Positions 52,846-62,953 of a DNA stretch of 64,000 nucleotides are shown piece after piece. The notes below the pieces were generated by a model that saw nothing but the letters and a program-made list of their open reading frames with translations, had not been told where the DNA came from and did not search any database. How positions within the stretch are numbered: the first letter of the stretch is position 1; every line of letters begins with the position of its first letter. Both the position numbers and the translations under genes were made by a program. Source of the DNA: Acidimicrobiia bacterium (GTDB taxonomy: Bacteria > Actinomycetota > Acidimicrobiia > Spongiisociales > ZC4RG35); NCBI GenBank assembly GCA_965203555.1, contig CBDBCY010000004.1, forward strand, positions 2,528,001 through 2,592,000, written 5' to 3'.

Positions 52846-54414
52846 ATGGGTTGGTTAAAGCGCCGCCGAACGGAGGTGATCCGCCGGGTCGGTGGTGACT
52901 ATGTTGAAGAGCGGAGAAAACGTCAGGTAAATGGATCGGAAGTAGAGATCCGTCGCTTGGCGTCCAGGGATCTGCCCAAGCCCAAGTCCGCTCCCAGAAA
53001 GAAGAAGAAAAGCGAGTCTCGCCCGTCCGGTTCTCAAAAGACCCGCCCCGGCATTTCCACCAGTCGAGGGGCGGCGCCGGCTCGGGGTCGAGGGGTCGGC
53101 GCCCAGTCCGGGGGTAAAGCATCCAAGGTCCCGACCAAGACCTTGCGCAGCAAGATTCTGGTTAGCGTGCGGGAGGAGACCAGGGTGGCCATTATGGAGG
53201 GCTCCGATTTGGTGGAGTACTACTCGGAGAGTCCCGAGGGTGGTTCCCTGGTGGGCAATGTCTATCTGGCCGTGGTTCGCAATGTTCTCCCAGGGATGGA
53301 AGCCGCGTTCGTGGACATCGGCGAGGGCAAGAACGGCGTGCTTTACGCTGATGACGTGTATGTCGATCCCGGGCGGTTCGGCAAAGGTGTCCGGCCGCGG
53401 GTGGAACAGGTTATCTCGGAGGGTGATGAATTGGTGGTTCAGGTCAGACGGGATGCCATGGGGACCAAGGGTCCCCGTTTGCGGGGTCACATTTCGTTGG
53501 CAGGCCGTTTCCTGGTCCTGCAGCCGGGTCTTTCCAACGTGGCCATCTCCCAAAAACTGTCCAGGGCGGAACGCTCGAGGTTACGACAGGTGGTGTCGGA
53601 TTTGGTGCCATCCGGATTCGGAGTGATAGTCCGCACCGCCGCACGGCTGGCCACGGCCAAGGAGATCAAGTCGGAGGTGGACAAGCTCGCCAAGCAATGG
53701 AGGAGTATTAGCGAAGAGGCCGCCAAAGGTGGAGGGCCGAAGTTGCTTTACCAGGATTCGGACCTGTTGATCAGAGTGATTCGGGAGCACCTGTCGTCGG
53801 AGACTCGGCGGGTGGAAATCGATGATGCCAAGGCCCACAAGCGGGTTGTGAAATATCTCCGTTCCGCTGATCCAGACCTGGTTTCCCGGGTCCGGTGCTA
53901 TGACAATCCCATCGCTCTGTTCGAGAGGTTTCATGTTGACGATCAGGTCAAGAAGGCGTTGAAGCGAAGAGTGCCACTACCTTCGGGGGGTCATTTGGTG
54001 TTTGACACCACGGAGGCTTTGACGGTGGTTGACGTCAACACGGGACGGTTCGTGGGCCGTTCCAATCTGGAAGACACCATTTTGCAGAACAACCTGGAGG
54101 CCGCCGAGGAAATCGGCCGCCAGTTGAGGTTGAGGGACATCGGGGGCATCATCGTGGTGGATTTCATCGATATGAGCCGAGAGGCCAATCAGCGTAAGGT
54201 GCTGAATCGCCTGAAACAGGTGCTGGCCCGTGACAAGACCAGAACGGAGGCGTTTGAAGTCTCCCGCCTGGGTTTGGTGGAGATGACCCGCAAGAATGTA
54301 TCGGCAGGGCTGCTGGAGTCGTTTTCGAAGTCGTGCGACCACTGTGGCGGGCAGGGTCTGATAGTCCAGGACCCAACCATGTCGTCGCCGCCGCGGGTAG
54401 CGGCCGGTATTTGA
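52846..54414 (+). CDS. rne: Ribonuclease E/G family
   Basis: GNVYLA..NVLPGMEAAFVD (S1), DVNTGRF, RLRDIGGIIVVDFIDM and CDHCGG; AAGGAGG RBS. Confidence 0.92.
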   Translation: MGWLKRRRTEVIRRVGGDYVEERRKRQVNGSEVEIRRLASRDLPKPKSAPRKKKKSESRPSGSQKTRPGISTSRGAAPARGRGVGAQSGGKASKVPTKTLRSKILVSVREETRVAIMEGSDLVEYYSESPEGGSLVGNVYLAVVRNVLPGMEAAFVDIGEGKNGVLYADDVYVDPGRFGKGVRPRVEQVISEGDELVVQVRRDAMGTKGPRLRGHISLAGRFLVLQPGLSNVAISQKLSRAERSRLRQVVSDLVPSGFGVIVRTAARLATAKEIKSEVDKLAKQWRSISEEAAKGGGPKLLYQDSDLLIRVIREHLSSETRRVEIDDAKAHKRVVKYLRSADPDLVSRVRCYDNPIALFERFHVDDQVKKALKRRVPLPSGGHLVFDTTEALTVVDVNTGRFVGRSNLEDTILQNNLEAAEEIGRQLRLRDIGGIIVVDFIDMSREANQRKVLNRLKQVLARDKTRTEAFEVSRLGLVEMTRKNVSAGLLESFSKSCDHCGGQGLIVQDPTMSSPPRVAAGI

Positions 54415-54458
54415 CCTTGGCAATATGGGTTCCCATTACATAGAATGACTGTTTCAGC

Positions 54459-54797
54459 ATGTATGCAGTAATTGACAGCGGTGGAAAACAGGCCAGGGTC
54501 GCTCCGGGCGACGTGGTGAGTGTGGAACTGCTGAAATCCGATTCCGATCAGGTCAGTTTCACTCCGGTTCTGGTGGTGGATGCTGAAGGGCAGGTGCTTA
54601 CCGGGTCTGCCTTGCAGGGCGCCACGGTTTCAGCACGTCTCCTGGGTGAGGTGAAAGGGCCTAAGATACGCATCTTCAAATACAAGTCGAAGACCGGCTA
54701 TCGGCGCCGGATGGGCCACCGCCAGAAGTATTCCCAGATCGAGATCCTCGATATCGACTTGCCGGACAAGTCTTGGAAGGAGAGCCGAGATGTCTAA
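54459..54797 (+). CDS. rplU: 50S ribosomal protein L21
   Basis: [11 protein letters not shown]...[16 protein letters not shown]. Confidence 0.97.
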   Translation: MYAVIDSGGKQARVAPGDVVSVELLKSDSDQVSFTPVLVVDAEGQVLTGSALQGATVSARLLGEVKGPKIRIFKYKSKTGYRRRMGHRQKYSQIEILDIDLPDKSWKESRDV

Positions 54798-55041
54798 AAC
54801 CAAAGCAGGAGGCTCCAGCCGAAACGGACGCGAATCGCACTCCAAGCGGCTGGGTCCCAAAGTGTTCGACGGGCAGTCGGTCCATTCCGGGGCGGTGCTG
54901 GTCAGACAGCGGGGGACCCGTATCCATCCTGGCCTGAATGTTGGCCGGGGTAGTGACGACACGCTGTACGCACGCGCCTCCGGCGTGGTCAAGTACGGCA
55001 TGCGGAACCGTCGCCGCCTGGTGAGTGTGCTGACCGACTGA
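54790..55041 (+). CDS. rpmA: 50S ribosomal protein L27
   Basis: [20 protein letters not shown]. Confidence 0.97.
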   Translation: MSKTKAGGSSRNGRESHSKRLGPKVFDGQSVHSGAVLVRQRGTRIHPGLNVGRGSDDTLYARASGVVKYGMRNRRRLVSVLTD

Positions 55042-55063
55042 TTATCTCCTCTGGCCGGTCGCG

Positions 55064-56320
55064 ATGTTCGTTGACTCGGTCAGGGTGCATCTTCGCGCCG
55101 GGGACGGGGGAAACGGCATGGTGAGTTTCGAGCGTCGCAGGGGAAAGCCGCGCGGCAAGCCGAGGGGGGGCTCGGGGGGCAGGGGTGGAGATGTGATCCT
55201 GCGTGCCGATCCCTCGGTCGGGACTTTGTTCCGTTATCAGCGCAGTCCGCACCATGTGGCTGGGAACGGTGCCAATGGCGATGATCGTCTTCGGGAAGGG
55301 CGGAGAGGCGATCCGTTGGTATTGTCGGCGCCATTGGGAACTTCGGTATACGACGAGGCCGGTGTGCTGCTGGCTGATCTGGTGGCGGAGGGTCAGCAGG
55401 TGGTGTTGCTGCGGGGCGGCAGAGGCGGGCGGGGAAACGCAGCCCTGGTCGGCCACCGGCATCGAGTACCGGCAGTGAGCGAGAGGGGAGAGCAAGGGAT
55501 GGGGAGTTGGTTCCGCCTGGAAATGAAACTGCAGGCTGACGCGGCCCTGGTAGGGTTCCCCAACGCCGGGAAGAGCACCCTGCTGTCGAGGGTATCCGCC
55601 GCCCGCCCCAAGATCGCCGACTACCCATTCACCACCCTCGCCCCCAACCTGGGAGTGGTGGGGATTGATGATGACGATTTCACCATGGCTGACGTTCCCG
55701 GATTGATACGGGGGGCCGCTGAAGGTCGGGGTCTGGGCCACACTTTCCTGCGTCATGTGGAGAGAGCGTCGGTGCTGGTGATCCTGCTCGACCCGTCGCC
55801 GATGGCCGAGGTCGGACCCGGGGTCCAGCTGGAAGCGCTGTTGGGTGAACTGGAAAGGTATTCGGGTCCGCTGGTCGAACGACCCCGGGTGGTTGCGGTC
55901 AACAAGGCCGACCTTCCCGAGGCTGCAGAGGCGTCGGCGGCGATCCCGGGATCCTTTCTGATCTCGGCGGTAACCGGGCAGGGTCTGACTTCCTTCCTGC
56001 GCCGGGTGAAGGAACTGGTTGGCGGGGTGCGGGACACCGCCGCCCCCCGCGAAGGGTTCATTTTGCATCGTCCCCACCAGCGGGGGTTCGTCGTTTCCCG
56101 CACGGATGCAGGGTGGTCGGTGACGGGAACTGCCGCAGAGAGAGCGGTGGCTCTGGGAGACCTGGACACTCCGGAAGCGGCCCGATTGGCTTCCACCCGG
56201 CTGGACAGGATCGGGGTGAGCCGGGCTCTGCGGGAGGCGGGCGCCCGCCACGGGGACGCGGTGCTGATCGGCGGAGTCGAACTGCAATTCCAGGATCCCG
56301 ATGTCGGAGGGTGGGAGTGA
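55064..56320 (+). CDS. obgE: GTPase ObgE/CgtA
   Basis: Gly-rich Obg fold; GFPNAGKST, KIADYPFTT, DVPG and NKAD motifs. Confidence 0.96.
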   Translation: MFVDSVRVHLRAGDGGNGMVSFERRRGKPRGKPRGGSGGRGGDVILRADPSVGTLFRYQRSPHHVAGNGANGDDRLREGRRGDPLVLSAPLGTSVYDEAGVLLADLVAEGQQVVLLRGGRGGRGNAALVGHRHRVPAVSERGEQGMGSWFRLEMKLQADAALVGFPNAGKSTLLSRVSAARPKIADYPFTTLAPNLGVVGIDDDDFTMADVPGLIRGAAEGRGLGHTFLRHVERASVLVILLDPSPMAEVGPGVQLEALLGELERYSGPLVERPRVVAVNKADLPEAAEASAAIPGSFLISAVTGQGLTSFLRRVKELVGGVRDTAAPREGFILHRPHQRGFVVSRTDAGWSVTGTAAERAVALGDLDTPEAARLASTRLDRIGVSRALREAGARHGDAVLIGGVELQFQDPDVGGWE

Positions 56321-57405
56321 GGAAGCCTCTGCGCAGGGGAGGCGTCCTGGTTATAAAGATCGGCTCTTCCAGCCTGGTCCGGGTGGAAGAGGGGCTTGAC
56401 TCGGTCGCCCTGGAAAGAGTGGTCGAACAGGTGACCAACGCCCTGTCCTCGGGACACCCCACGGTTCTGGTCACCTCGGGGGCGGTGGCGGCGGGAATGC
56501 CGGCCCTCGGTCTTTCCGCCCGGCCGACCGATCTGGCCGGATTGCAGGTGGCGGCGGCCGTGGGCCAGGGCCGGCTGATGGGCCTTTATACGGCGGAATT
56601 CGCCAAACGGGGACTGGTAGCCGGCCAGGTGCTATTGACCAGGGGGGTGTTGGCCGACCGGACCCCCTATCTCAACGCTCGCATGGCCCTGCAGGGAATG
56701 CTGGATCGAGGGATCGTTCCGGTGGTCAATGAAAACGACAGTGTGGGAGTGGAAGAGTTGCGAGTGGGGGACAATGACCGCCTGTCAGCGTTGGTGTCCC
56801 ACCTGGTGTCGGCCGATTTGTTGATCCTGCTGACCGATACGCCCGGTCTCTACACGGCCGATCCTTCCTCTCGGGACGCGGAATTGATGGACGAACTCTC
56901 TTCGGATGATCCAAGACTCGATTCCATTGCGCGTCTACCCGGAGGACAGCTTGGATCGGGAGGAGTGTTCAGCAAAGTGGCGGCTGCCCGCATGGCGGCC
57001 TTTTCCGGTATCCCCACCGTGGTTGCCTCCTCCTCCCAACCGCAGGTAGTGGCCCGGATCTGCCGAGGGGACCCGACCGGCACCTGGGTGAATCCCAAAT
57101 CCCGCAAACTCAGCGCCCGCAAGCTCTGGATAGCCTTCGGCTTGGAGAACCGGGGACGGGTCACGGTGGACGAGGGCGCGGCGCGAGCCATCACTCGCCT
57201 CAAGAAGAGTCTCCTGCCGGTGGGAGTGCGGGACCTGGACGGGAACTTCGACGCCAAGGAGGCGGTGGAAGTGCTGGACCCGGGCGGGAGGATAATCGCC
57301 AAGGGGATCGCCAGGATCGCGGCCTCCGAGTGCCGCCGTCTGCAACGCAGCGGCCAACCCACCGTGGAACTCATCCATCGCGACGACTTGGTTGTGCTGG
57401 TCTAG
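56317..57405 (+). CDS. proB: Glutamate 5-kinase
   Basis: VIKIGSSSL, VTSGAVAAG, VNENDSV...GDND; PUA domain. Confidence 0.95.
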   Translation: MRKPLRRGGVLVIKIGSSSLVRVEEGLDSVALERVVEQVTNALSSGHPTVLVTSGAVAAGMPALGLSARPTDLAGLQVAAAVGQGRLMGLYTAEFAKRGLVAGQVLLTRGVLADRTPYLNARMALQGMLDRGIVPVVNENDSVGVEELRVGDNDRLSALVSHLVSADLLILLTDTPGLYTADPSSRDAELMDELSSDDPRLDSIARLPGGQLGSGGVFSKVAAARMAAFSGIPTVVASSSQPQVVARICRGDPTGTWVNPKSRKLSARKLWIAFGLENRGRVTVDEGAARAITRLKKSLLPVGVRDLDGNFDAKEAVEVLDPGGRIIAKGIARIAASECRRLQRSGQPTVELIHRDDLVVLV

Positions 57406-57444
57406 TGGTAGCCAATCTGCCAAAGCCCCGGCGGCATCCGTGTT

Positions 57445-57650
57445 GTGAAGATCGGCGTCAGCCTACGTGATGAAGATGGCAACTACCTGGACGACTACGC
57501 AACAACCCACGGTATGTCCTCGCGCCTCGGTAGTGCATCGGGCGATCCGGCGCTCGCGAGCATTCGAGCTTGCAGATCACAGTGGATGCCCTGCCGGTCG
57601 ACCTGGTGGGTCTGCTCGACGATGCCCTGCGCCCGCATCTGCATCTGTAG
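57445..57650 (+). pseudogene. Collapsed mazEF-like toxin-antitoxin remnant
   Basis: MKIGVSLRDED..YLDDYA...SR/SVVHRAIR (RHH antitoxin N-terminus, frameshifted) joined to LLDDALRPHLHL* (MazF-like C-terminus). Confidence 0.6.
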
Positions 57651-57663
57651 GCCCCACTCCCGG

Positions 57664-59157
57664 CTATTTCCGCCAGACGGAAGGGACGAACAGCACCAGG
57701 ATGGGCAGTATCTCCAGCCTTCCCACGATCATCAGCAGAGAAAGAAGCCATTTGCCGGGTGCGGACACCGCCGCGTAATTGGCCGTGGGGCCCACTTCGC
57801 CCAGTCCCGGCCCGATGTTTCCCAGGCTGGCCACCACCGCCGATACGGATGTGACCAGATCCGAGGACCCGAAGGCCATCTCTACGGTGGTGAACACCAC
57901 CATCCCCGCGCACAGGAGGAAGACGTACAGGGCGAAGAACGAGAAAATTCCCCTGATCATGTTGATGGTCAGGGGTCGGCGGTCGAGTCGTATCAGGAAC
58001 ATTCCCTTGGGGTGGATAACGCTGCGCAATTCGGTGAAAGCCGTGTTGACCAGCACTTTGAGTCGGAAGCTCTTTATGCCCCCGGCGGTGGATCCCGCCA
58101 TCCCCCCCAGGGTCATCAGAATGAGCAGCAGGACCTGTAGTGGGGGCACCCACAGTCCGAAGTCGGCGGTGCTGTACCCGGTAGTAGTCACCATCGACAC
58201 GGCGGTGAAGGTTCCGTCCCTCACGGCCTGTTCCCATTCGGTACCCTGGTTGGCAAGGGCGATCGCCAGCCATGCCGCCGCGGCCAGCACCACCACGAGA
58301 TAGACCCTGAATTCTTCCTGCCGCAGATACTCGGTGGGACGCAGCAGCGCCCGGTAGTGGAGAGAGAAGGAGATGCCGGCCAGAGTCATGAAGATGATGA
58401 TCACCCATTGGGTATAGGCGCCGAATTCGGCGATGGAGGTGGCTTCGGTGCCGAATCCCCCGGTGGACATGGTGGTGAGAGAGTGATTGACAGCCTGAAA
58501 GAGGTTCATGTCGCCCGCCCACAGCAGCAACAGGACTTCCAGGCAGGTCAGCATGACGTACACCATCCACAGGCGCTTGGCGGTGTCCTGGAATCGGGGA
58601 GTGAGGCGATCGGGATTGGCGCCGGGAGACTCGGCCCGGGCCAGTTCCACTCCGCCCACTCCCAGCAGCGGAAGGACGGCGACGAACATCACGATGATGC
58701 CCATTCCTCCCAGCCATTGGGTCAGGGACCGCCAGAAAAGTATGCCGTGGGCCATCTGACCGGGATCTGCCAACAGGGACGCGCCGGTGGTCGTGAAACC
58801 CGAAACTGTCTCGAAAAAAGCGTCGGTCACATTGGGAATAGCGCCGGTGAACAGGTAGGGGAGAGTCCCAAAGGCCGACATCATCAGCCAGGCGATACCC
58901 ACTCCCGCGAATCCTGCCCGGGTGGTCAAAGTGCTGGGCGTCTCCACCGACCACCACAGCAGTCCTCCTACGGACGCAGTTATTGCGGCGGCGGCGCTGA
59001 TTGCCCTGGCATCGGAGAATTCGCTGTAGAGCATGCAGACGCCTGCGGCAACGAACATCATCAGACCCACCGCCAGAAGGGTGACTCCGGTGACCAGCAG
59101 AAGGGAGGCCAGCATTCCACGGCGACCCAGCCAGCCCACCGCCGCGGTCAATCTCAC
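57664..59157 (-). CDS. trkH: Trk potassium uptake membrane protein
   Basis: FFETVSGFTTTGAS, QWLGGMG, STGGF, TTTGY, GSTAGGIK, LGNIGPG and GRLE motifs. Confidence 0.95.
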   Translation of the reverse strand: MRLTAAVGWLGRRGMLASLLLVTGVTLLAVGLMMFVAAGVCMLYSEFSDARAISAAAAITASVGGLLWWSVETPSTLTTRAGFAGVGIAWLMMSAFGTLPYLFTGAIPNVTDAFFETVSGFTTTGASLLADPGQMAHGILFWRSLTQWLGGMGIIVMFVAVLPLLGVGGVELARAESPGANPDRLTPRFQDTAKRLWMVYVMLTCLEVLLLLWAGDMNLFQAVNHSLTTMSTGGFGTEATSIAEFGAYTQWVIIIFMTLAGISFSLHYRALLRPTEYLRQEEFRVYLVVVLAAAAWLAIALANQGTEWEQAVRDGTFTAVSMVTTTGYSTADFGLWVPPLQVLLLILMTLGGMAGSTAGGIKSFRLKVLVNTAFTELRSVIHPKGMFLIRLDRRPLTINMIRGIFSFFALYVFLLCAGMVVFTTVEMAFGSSDLVTSVSAVVASLGNIGPGLGEVGPTANYAAVSAPGKWLLSLLMIVGRLEILPILVLFVPSVWRK

Positions 59158-60503
59158 GTATCTTCTCCGTAAAAGAGATTCTCGATCTCGGTTATGTGAT
59201 CGGGGAGCGTGAACACGACAATCCGATCCCTGGGCCGGATGACGGTGTCTCCGCGAGGCAGGATGGGAGTCATTCTCCGGACGATTCCCCCCACTATCGA
59301 ACCTTTGGGGATATTGATGTCCATCAGCCGGCAGCCTGCCGCAGGACTGTCCTGCGCCACATCCAATTCGATTGCCTCGGCATCGGAGTCGCTGAAAGTG
59401 ACGACCGAGTGCACCACCCCTCGACGGACATATCTGAGGATGGTGCTGGCGGCCAGCAGTCGAGGGGAAACGGCGCCATCGATTCCGCGCCCCTCCAGCA
59501 GGCCCACATAGTGGGGATTGGTGAGATTGGCCACTGCCATCGGGACTCCCAACGCCTTTCCCACCAGGCAGACCAGGGTGTTGGCGCCGTCTTCCTCGGA
59601 GAGCGCCAGCAGGGCATCCCGTTCTCCCAGATCCAGTCCCCCCAAGGTATCGGGATCGGCCGGGTCGTCACAGATCGCCAAGACCTTGGGATCGGCGTCG
59701 GCCACGGACCGGCAGAACATGTGGTCGTCACTGATGAACACCACCGAAAGCCATGCCTCCCGCATTTTGCGAATCGCCACTCTCGCCAGCCGGGAGTCAC
59801 CGGTTATCACCACCCGGTTGGCCAGGCGGGTTCTTATCCCCAGCAATTTGGCGGCGAACCGCACGTCGCGGGGCGTCACCATCATCAGGACGTGGTCGCC
59901 GGCCTGAATCTCGGTGGCGCTCTTGGCGACCATGGTGTCCCCGTCTCTGATGATTGCCACCACCAGAAAGTCCCGTTTCTTGTAAACGGCTGCCACCTGT
60001 CGCATAGGCCTGCCCAGAAGGGGAGAATCCGGTTGGGCGATGCCGCCCACCAGAATCAATCTCCCGCCGGCGAACTCCCAATGTTCCGACATGCCGCTCA
60101 GTCGCACCAGTCTCACCAGTTCGTCGCCGGTGGCCTCATCGGGGTCTATCACCACCTTCACCCCCATGTTGCGGAGTCCCGATCGCAGACTCGAGTCGGA
60201 GATCCGGGCCACTGTTTGCCTGATCCCCAGGTTGGTGGCCGAGTGGCAGGCCAGGGCATTCACTCCGTCCTGGTCGGTGACCGCGATCAGCAGATCCACC
60301 GGGTCTCCGACAGCCATTATGGCCTTCTTGAGCACTCCCTGGCTGGCGCCGTTGCCGATGATGGACAACACGTCCAACTGGGAGTTGAGAGTGTCAGATA
60401 GTTGTGGGTCTCTTTCGACGATTACAACGTTCTGGCCGTCGGATGAGAAACGCTCGGCCAAGTAGCTGCCGACCGCTCCGGCCCCCACGATAATGATCTT
60501 CAT
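59154..60503 (-). CDS. trkA: Trk potassium uptake NAD-binding subunit
   Basis: MKIIIVGAGAVG; two RCK_N/RCK_C repeats; overlaps the trkH start. Confidence 0.93.
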   Translation of the reverse strand: MKIIIVGAGAVGSYLAERFSSDGQNVVIVERDPQLSDTLNSQLDVLSIIGNGASQGVLKKAIMAVGDPVDLLIAVTDQDGVNALACHSATNLGIRQTVARISDSSLRSGLRNMGVKVVIDPDEATGDELVRLVRLSGMSEHWEFAGGRLILVGGIAQPDSPLLGRPMRQVAAVYKKRDFLVVAIIRDGDTMVAKSATEIQAGDHVLMMVTPRDVRFAAKLLGIRTRLANRVVITGDSRLARVAIRKMREAWLSVVFISDDHMFCRSVADADPKVLAICDDPADPDTLGGLDLGERDALLALSEEDGANTLVCLVGKALGVPMAVANLTNPHYVGLLEGRGIDGAVSPRLLAASTILRYVRRGVVHSVVTFSDSDAEAIELDVAQDSPAAGCRLMDINIPKGSIVGGIVRRMTPILPRGDTVIRPRDRIVVFTLPDHITEIENLFYGEDT

Positions 60504-60559
60504 TGCTATTGATCCCAAGAATACCGAGATGGCGGAGGGGACAATCGGTCGCAATTGTT

Positions 60560-61480
60560 GTGAACCGTCGGCCCAGTTGTAAACTCGGTGACTCCTCGTC
60601 ACAGGGGGAGACCCCCATTCCTGATCCACTCGAATCTGCACAGAAAATAGCTGCCGCCCTGGCAAACCAGGGTTACCTGGCCTCCGAGCGGATCTCCCAG
60701 GTCGTGTATCTGGCCGGCCGCCTGAACAAGCCGGTGCTGGCGGAAGGCCCCGCCGGGGTGGGAAAGACCGAATTGGCCAAGGCCGTGGCCGCCGCCACCG
60801 GTCGGAAGTTGGTGCGACTGCAGTGCTACGAGGGACTGGACGAATCCAAGGCGCTCTACGAGTGGAACTATCGAAAGCAGTTGCTGCGCATCTCTGCCGA
60901 CCCTTCATCGCAGTGGAGCCAGATGGAAGAAGACATATTCTCCGAGGGCTTCTTGCTGTCGCGCCCCCTGTTGACGGCTATCTCCTCGTCAGATCCGGTG
61001 GTGCTTTTGGTCGACGAACTGGACCGGGTCGAGATGGAGACCGAGGCTTTGCTGTTGGAAGTTCTGTCGGAGTTCCAGATCACTATCCCCGAGTTGGGCA
61101 CGGTCCGGGCCGGGTCCCAGCCCCTGGTGATCCTGACTTCCAACAACACCCGCGAACTATCCGAAGCGCTTCGGCGTCGCTGCCTGTTCCTGCACATTCC
61201 CTACCCCAGTCCCGAGCGAGAGAAGGCTATCCTGCTTGCCCGGTGCCCGGACCTTCCCGATGCCCTGGCGTCCTCGATCGCCCAGGTTGCCCGCAGCCTG
61301 CGTGGTATGGCTCTCAAGAAACCTCCCTCGGTATCCGAGACCATCGACTGGGCCAGGACGCTTTTGACCTTGGGAGTCGAGAGGATCGACCGAGAATTCT
61401 TCTCGGATACAGCCCACGTTCTACTCAAGTATCAGGCCGATATCGAACTGGCCTGCAAGGAACTTGCTGCGGGAGAGTGA
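60560..61480 (+). CDS. MoxR-family AAA+ ATPase (CoxD-like); start uncertain
   Basis: EGPAGVGKT, RLQCYEGLD...LYEWNY, LVDELDR and LSEALRRRC motifs. Confidence 0.9.
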   Translation: MNRRPSCKLGDSSSQGETPIPDPLESAQKIAAALANQGYLASERISQVVYLAGRLNKPVLAEGPAGVGKTELAKAVAAATGRKLVRLQCYEGLDESKALYEWNYRKQLLRISADPSSQWSQMEEDIFSEGFLLSRPLLTAISSSDPVVLLVDELDRVEMETEALLLEVLSEFQITIPELGTVRAGSQPLVILTSNNTRELSEALRRRCLFLHIPYPSPEREKAILLARCPDLPDALASSIAQVARSLRGMALKKPPSVSETIDWARTLLTLGVERIDREFFSDTAHVLLKYQADIELACKELAAGE

Positions 61481-61486
61481 GAGTCG

Positions 61487-62953
61487 GTGCTGAGTCTCCT
61501 CACCGACTTCGTGGAGGAACTGCGCACCGCGGGAGTCCCCGTGTCAATGGTGGAAACCATCGACGCCATGGAGGCGGTGCCGATGATCGATCTGGCGGAC
61601 CGTTCGGCCCTGAAGACGGCATTGAGCGCCACAATGGTGAAATCCGCCCGACATCTGGAGGCGTTCGACACCGCCTTCGAGGTGTTCTTCGCTTCCGACC
61701 GTCCTCCACCCCCGGACGAACAGGAATCTCCTCCCCCGACCATGCCGTCGGAGGGTTCTTCGCAGGGGGGATCGGCGGGTGGATCCGGATCGCTGGCTGA
61801 GGCTTTGGCCGCGGCGCTGGGCAGCCAGGACTGGGGGGCTCTGAGCCGCCTGGTGAAACAGGCGGTGGAAGAGTTGGCCGGCATGACATCGGGACGGCCG
61901 GTGGGAGGCGCCTATTACTTGTATCGCACCCTGCGGCGCCTGGACCTCGACATGATGAGAGAGATGCTGGTGCAGATGATGGAAATGCAGGGGTCCCATC
62001 CCGGCTTGAATGAGGGGGCGCTGGCGGATCGTCTCCGCGCCGAAGAGATCGATGACCTGATGGAAAGGTTGAGAAGGGAGTTGATGGCGGAGATCCGTCG
62101 TCGTCTGGTTGCCGACCGGGGGAGACAGCCCGTGGCTGCCACTCTGAGGACCCCGCCGCTCGAAGAGGTCGATCTCATGCACGCTTCGGAATCACAACTG
62201 CGCCGGATCGAAAAGTTGATAGGACCGCTCACCCGCAAGTTGGCCGCACGGTTGGCCCGCCGCGACTTGCACCGTTACCAGGGCCGTCTGGACTTCCGCC
62301 GTACCCTTCGGGCTTCTCTTGGTTCCGGTGGCGTGCCGCTGGACCTTCGCTTTCGCGCCAAGCGGAGATTCCGTCCGGAGATCTTCCTGCTGTGCGATGT
62401 CTCTGGTTCCATGGCGACCTTTGCCCGCTTCACTCTTCAGTTCACCTACGCCATGTCGGCTCGGTTCTCCGGATTGCGGGCATTTGCCTTCGTGGACGGT
62501 GTTGATGAAATCACCCAACTCCTGTCGCCCGGTCTGCGTTTTGGGGTGGTGGCCCAGCGAATCTTCGCGGAAGCCGAGGTGGTGGAACTGGACGGCCATT
62601 CCGACTATGGGAACGCGTTGTCCCGGTTTTGGGATCGCTACGGGGGCGAACTGACTGCCCGGTCCACGGTGATCATCGCCGGGGACGCCCGTAACAACTA
62701 CAGGGACTTTGATGACGAGGCGCTTGCCGGGGCGGCGAACACCGCCGAGGCGATCTACTGGCTGAATCCCGAGCCTCGAGCCTATTGGAACACCGGAGAC
62801 TCCCTGATGTCCAGGATGGGGGCGTATTGCACCGAGGTGTACGAGGTGAGGAATCTCTCCCAGTTGGAAGGCTTTGTCGGCAAGCTCGCCGACCACCGTC
62901 GCAAGCCACCCGCTCGGTGGGTCAACCGGCCAGTTGCGCCAAGCGTTCGATAA
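61487..62953 (+). CDS. VWA-domain protein (CoxE-like)
   Basis: LDFRRTLRASL, LCDVSGSM (MIDAS), GHSDYG, GDARNN and WLNPE motifs. Confidence 0.9.
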   Translation: MLSLLTDFVEELRTAGVPVSMVETIDAMEAVPMIDLADRSALKTALSATMVKSARHLEAFDTAFEVFFASDRPPPPDEQESPPPTMPSEGSSQGGSAGGSGSLAEALAAALGSQDWGALSRLVKQAVEELAGMTSGRPVGGAYYLYRTLRRLDLDMMREMLVQMMEMQGSHPGLNEGALADRLRAEEIDDLMERLRRELMAEIRRRLVADRGRQPVAATLRTPPLEEVDLMHASESQLRRIEKLIGPLTRKLAARLARRDLHRYQGRLDFRRTLRASLGSGGVPLDLRFRAKRRFRPEIFLLCDVSGSMATFARFTLQFTYAMSARFSGLRAFAFVDGVDEITQLLSPGLRFGVVAQRIFAEAEVVELDGHSDYGNALSRFWDRYGGELTARSTVIIAGDARNNYRDFDDEALAGAANTAEAIYWLNPEPRAYWNTGDSLMSRMGAYCTEVYEVRNLSQLEGFVGKLADHRRKPPARWVNRPVAPSVR

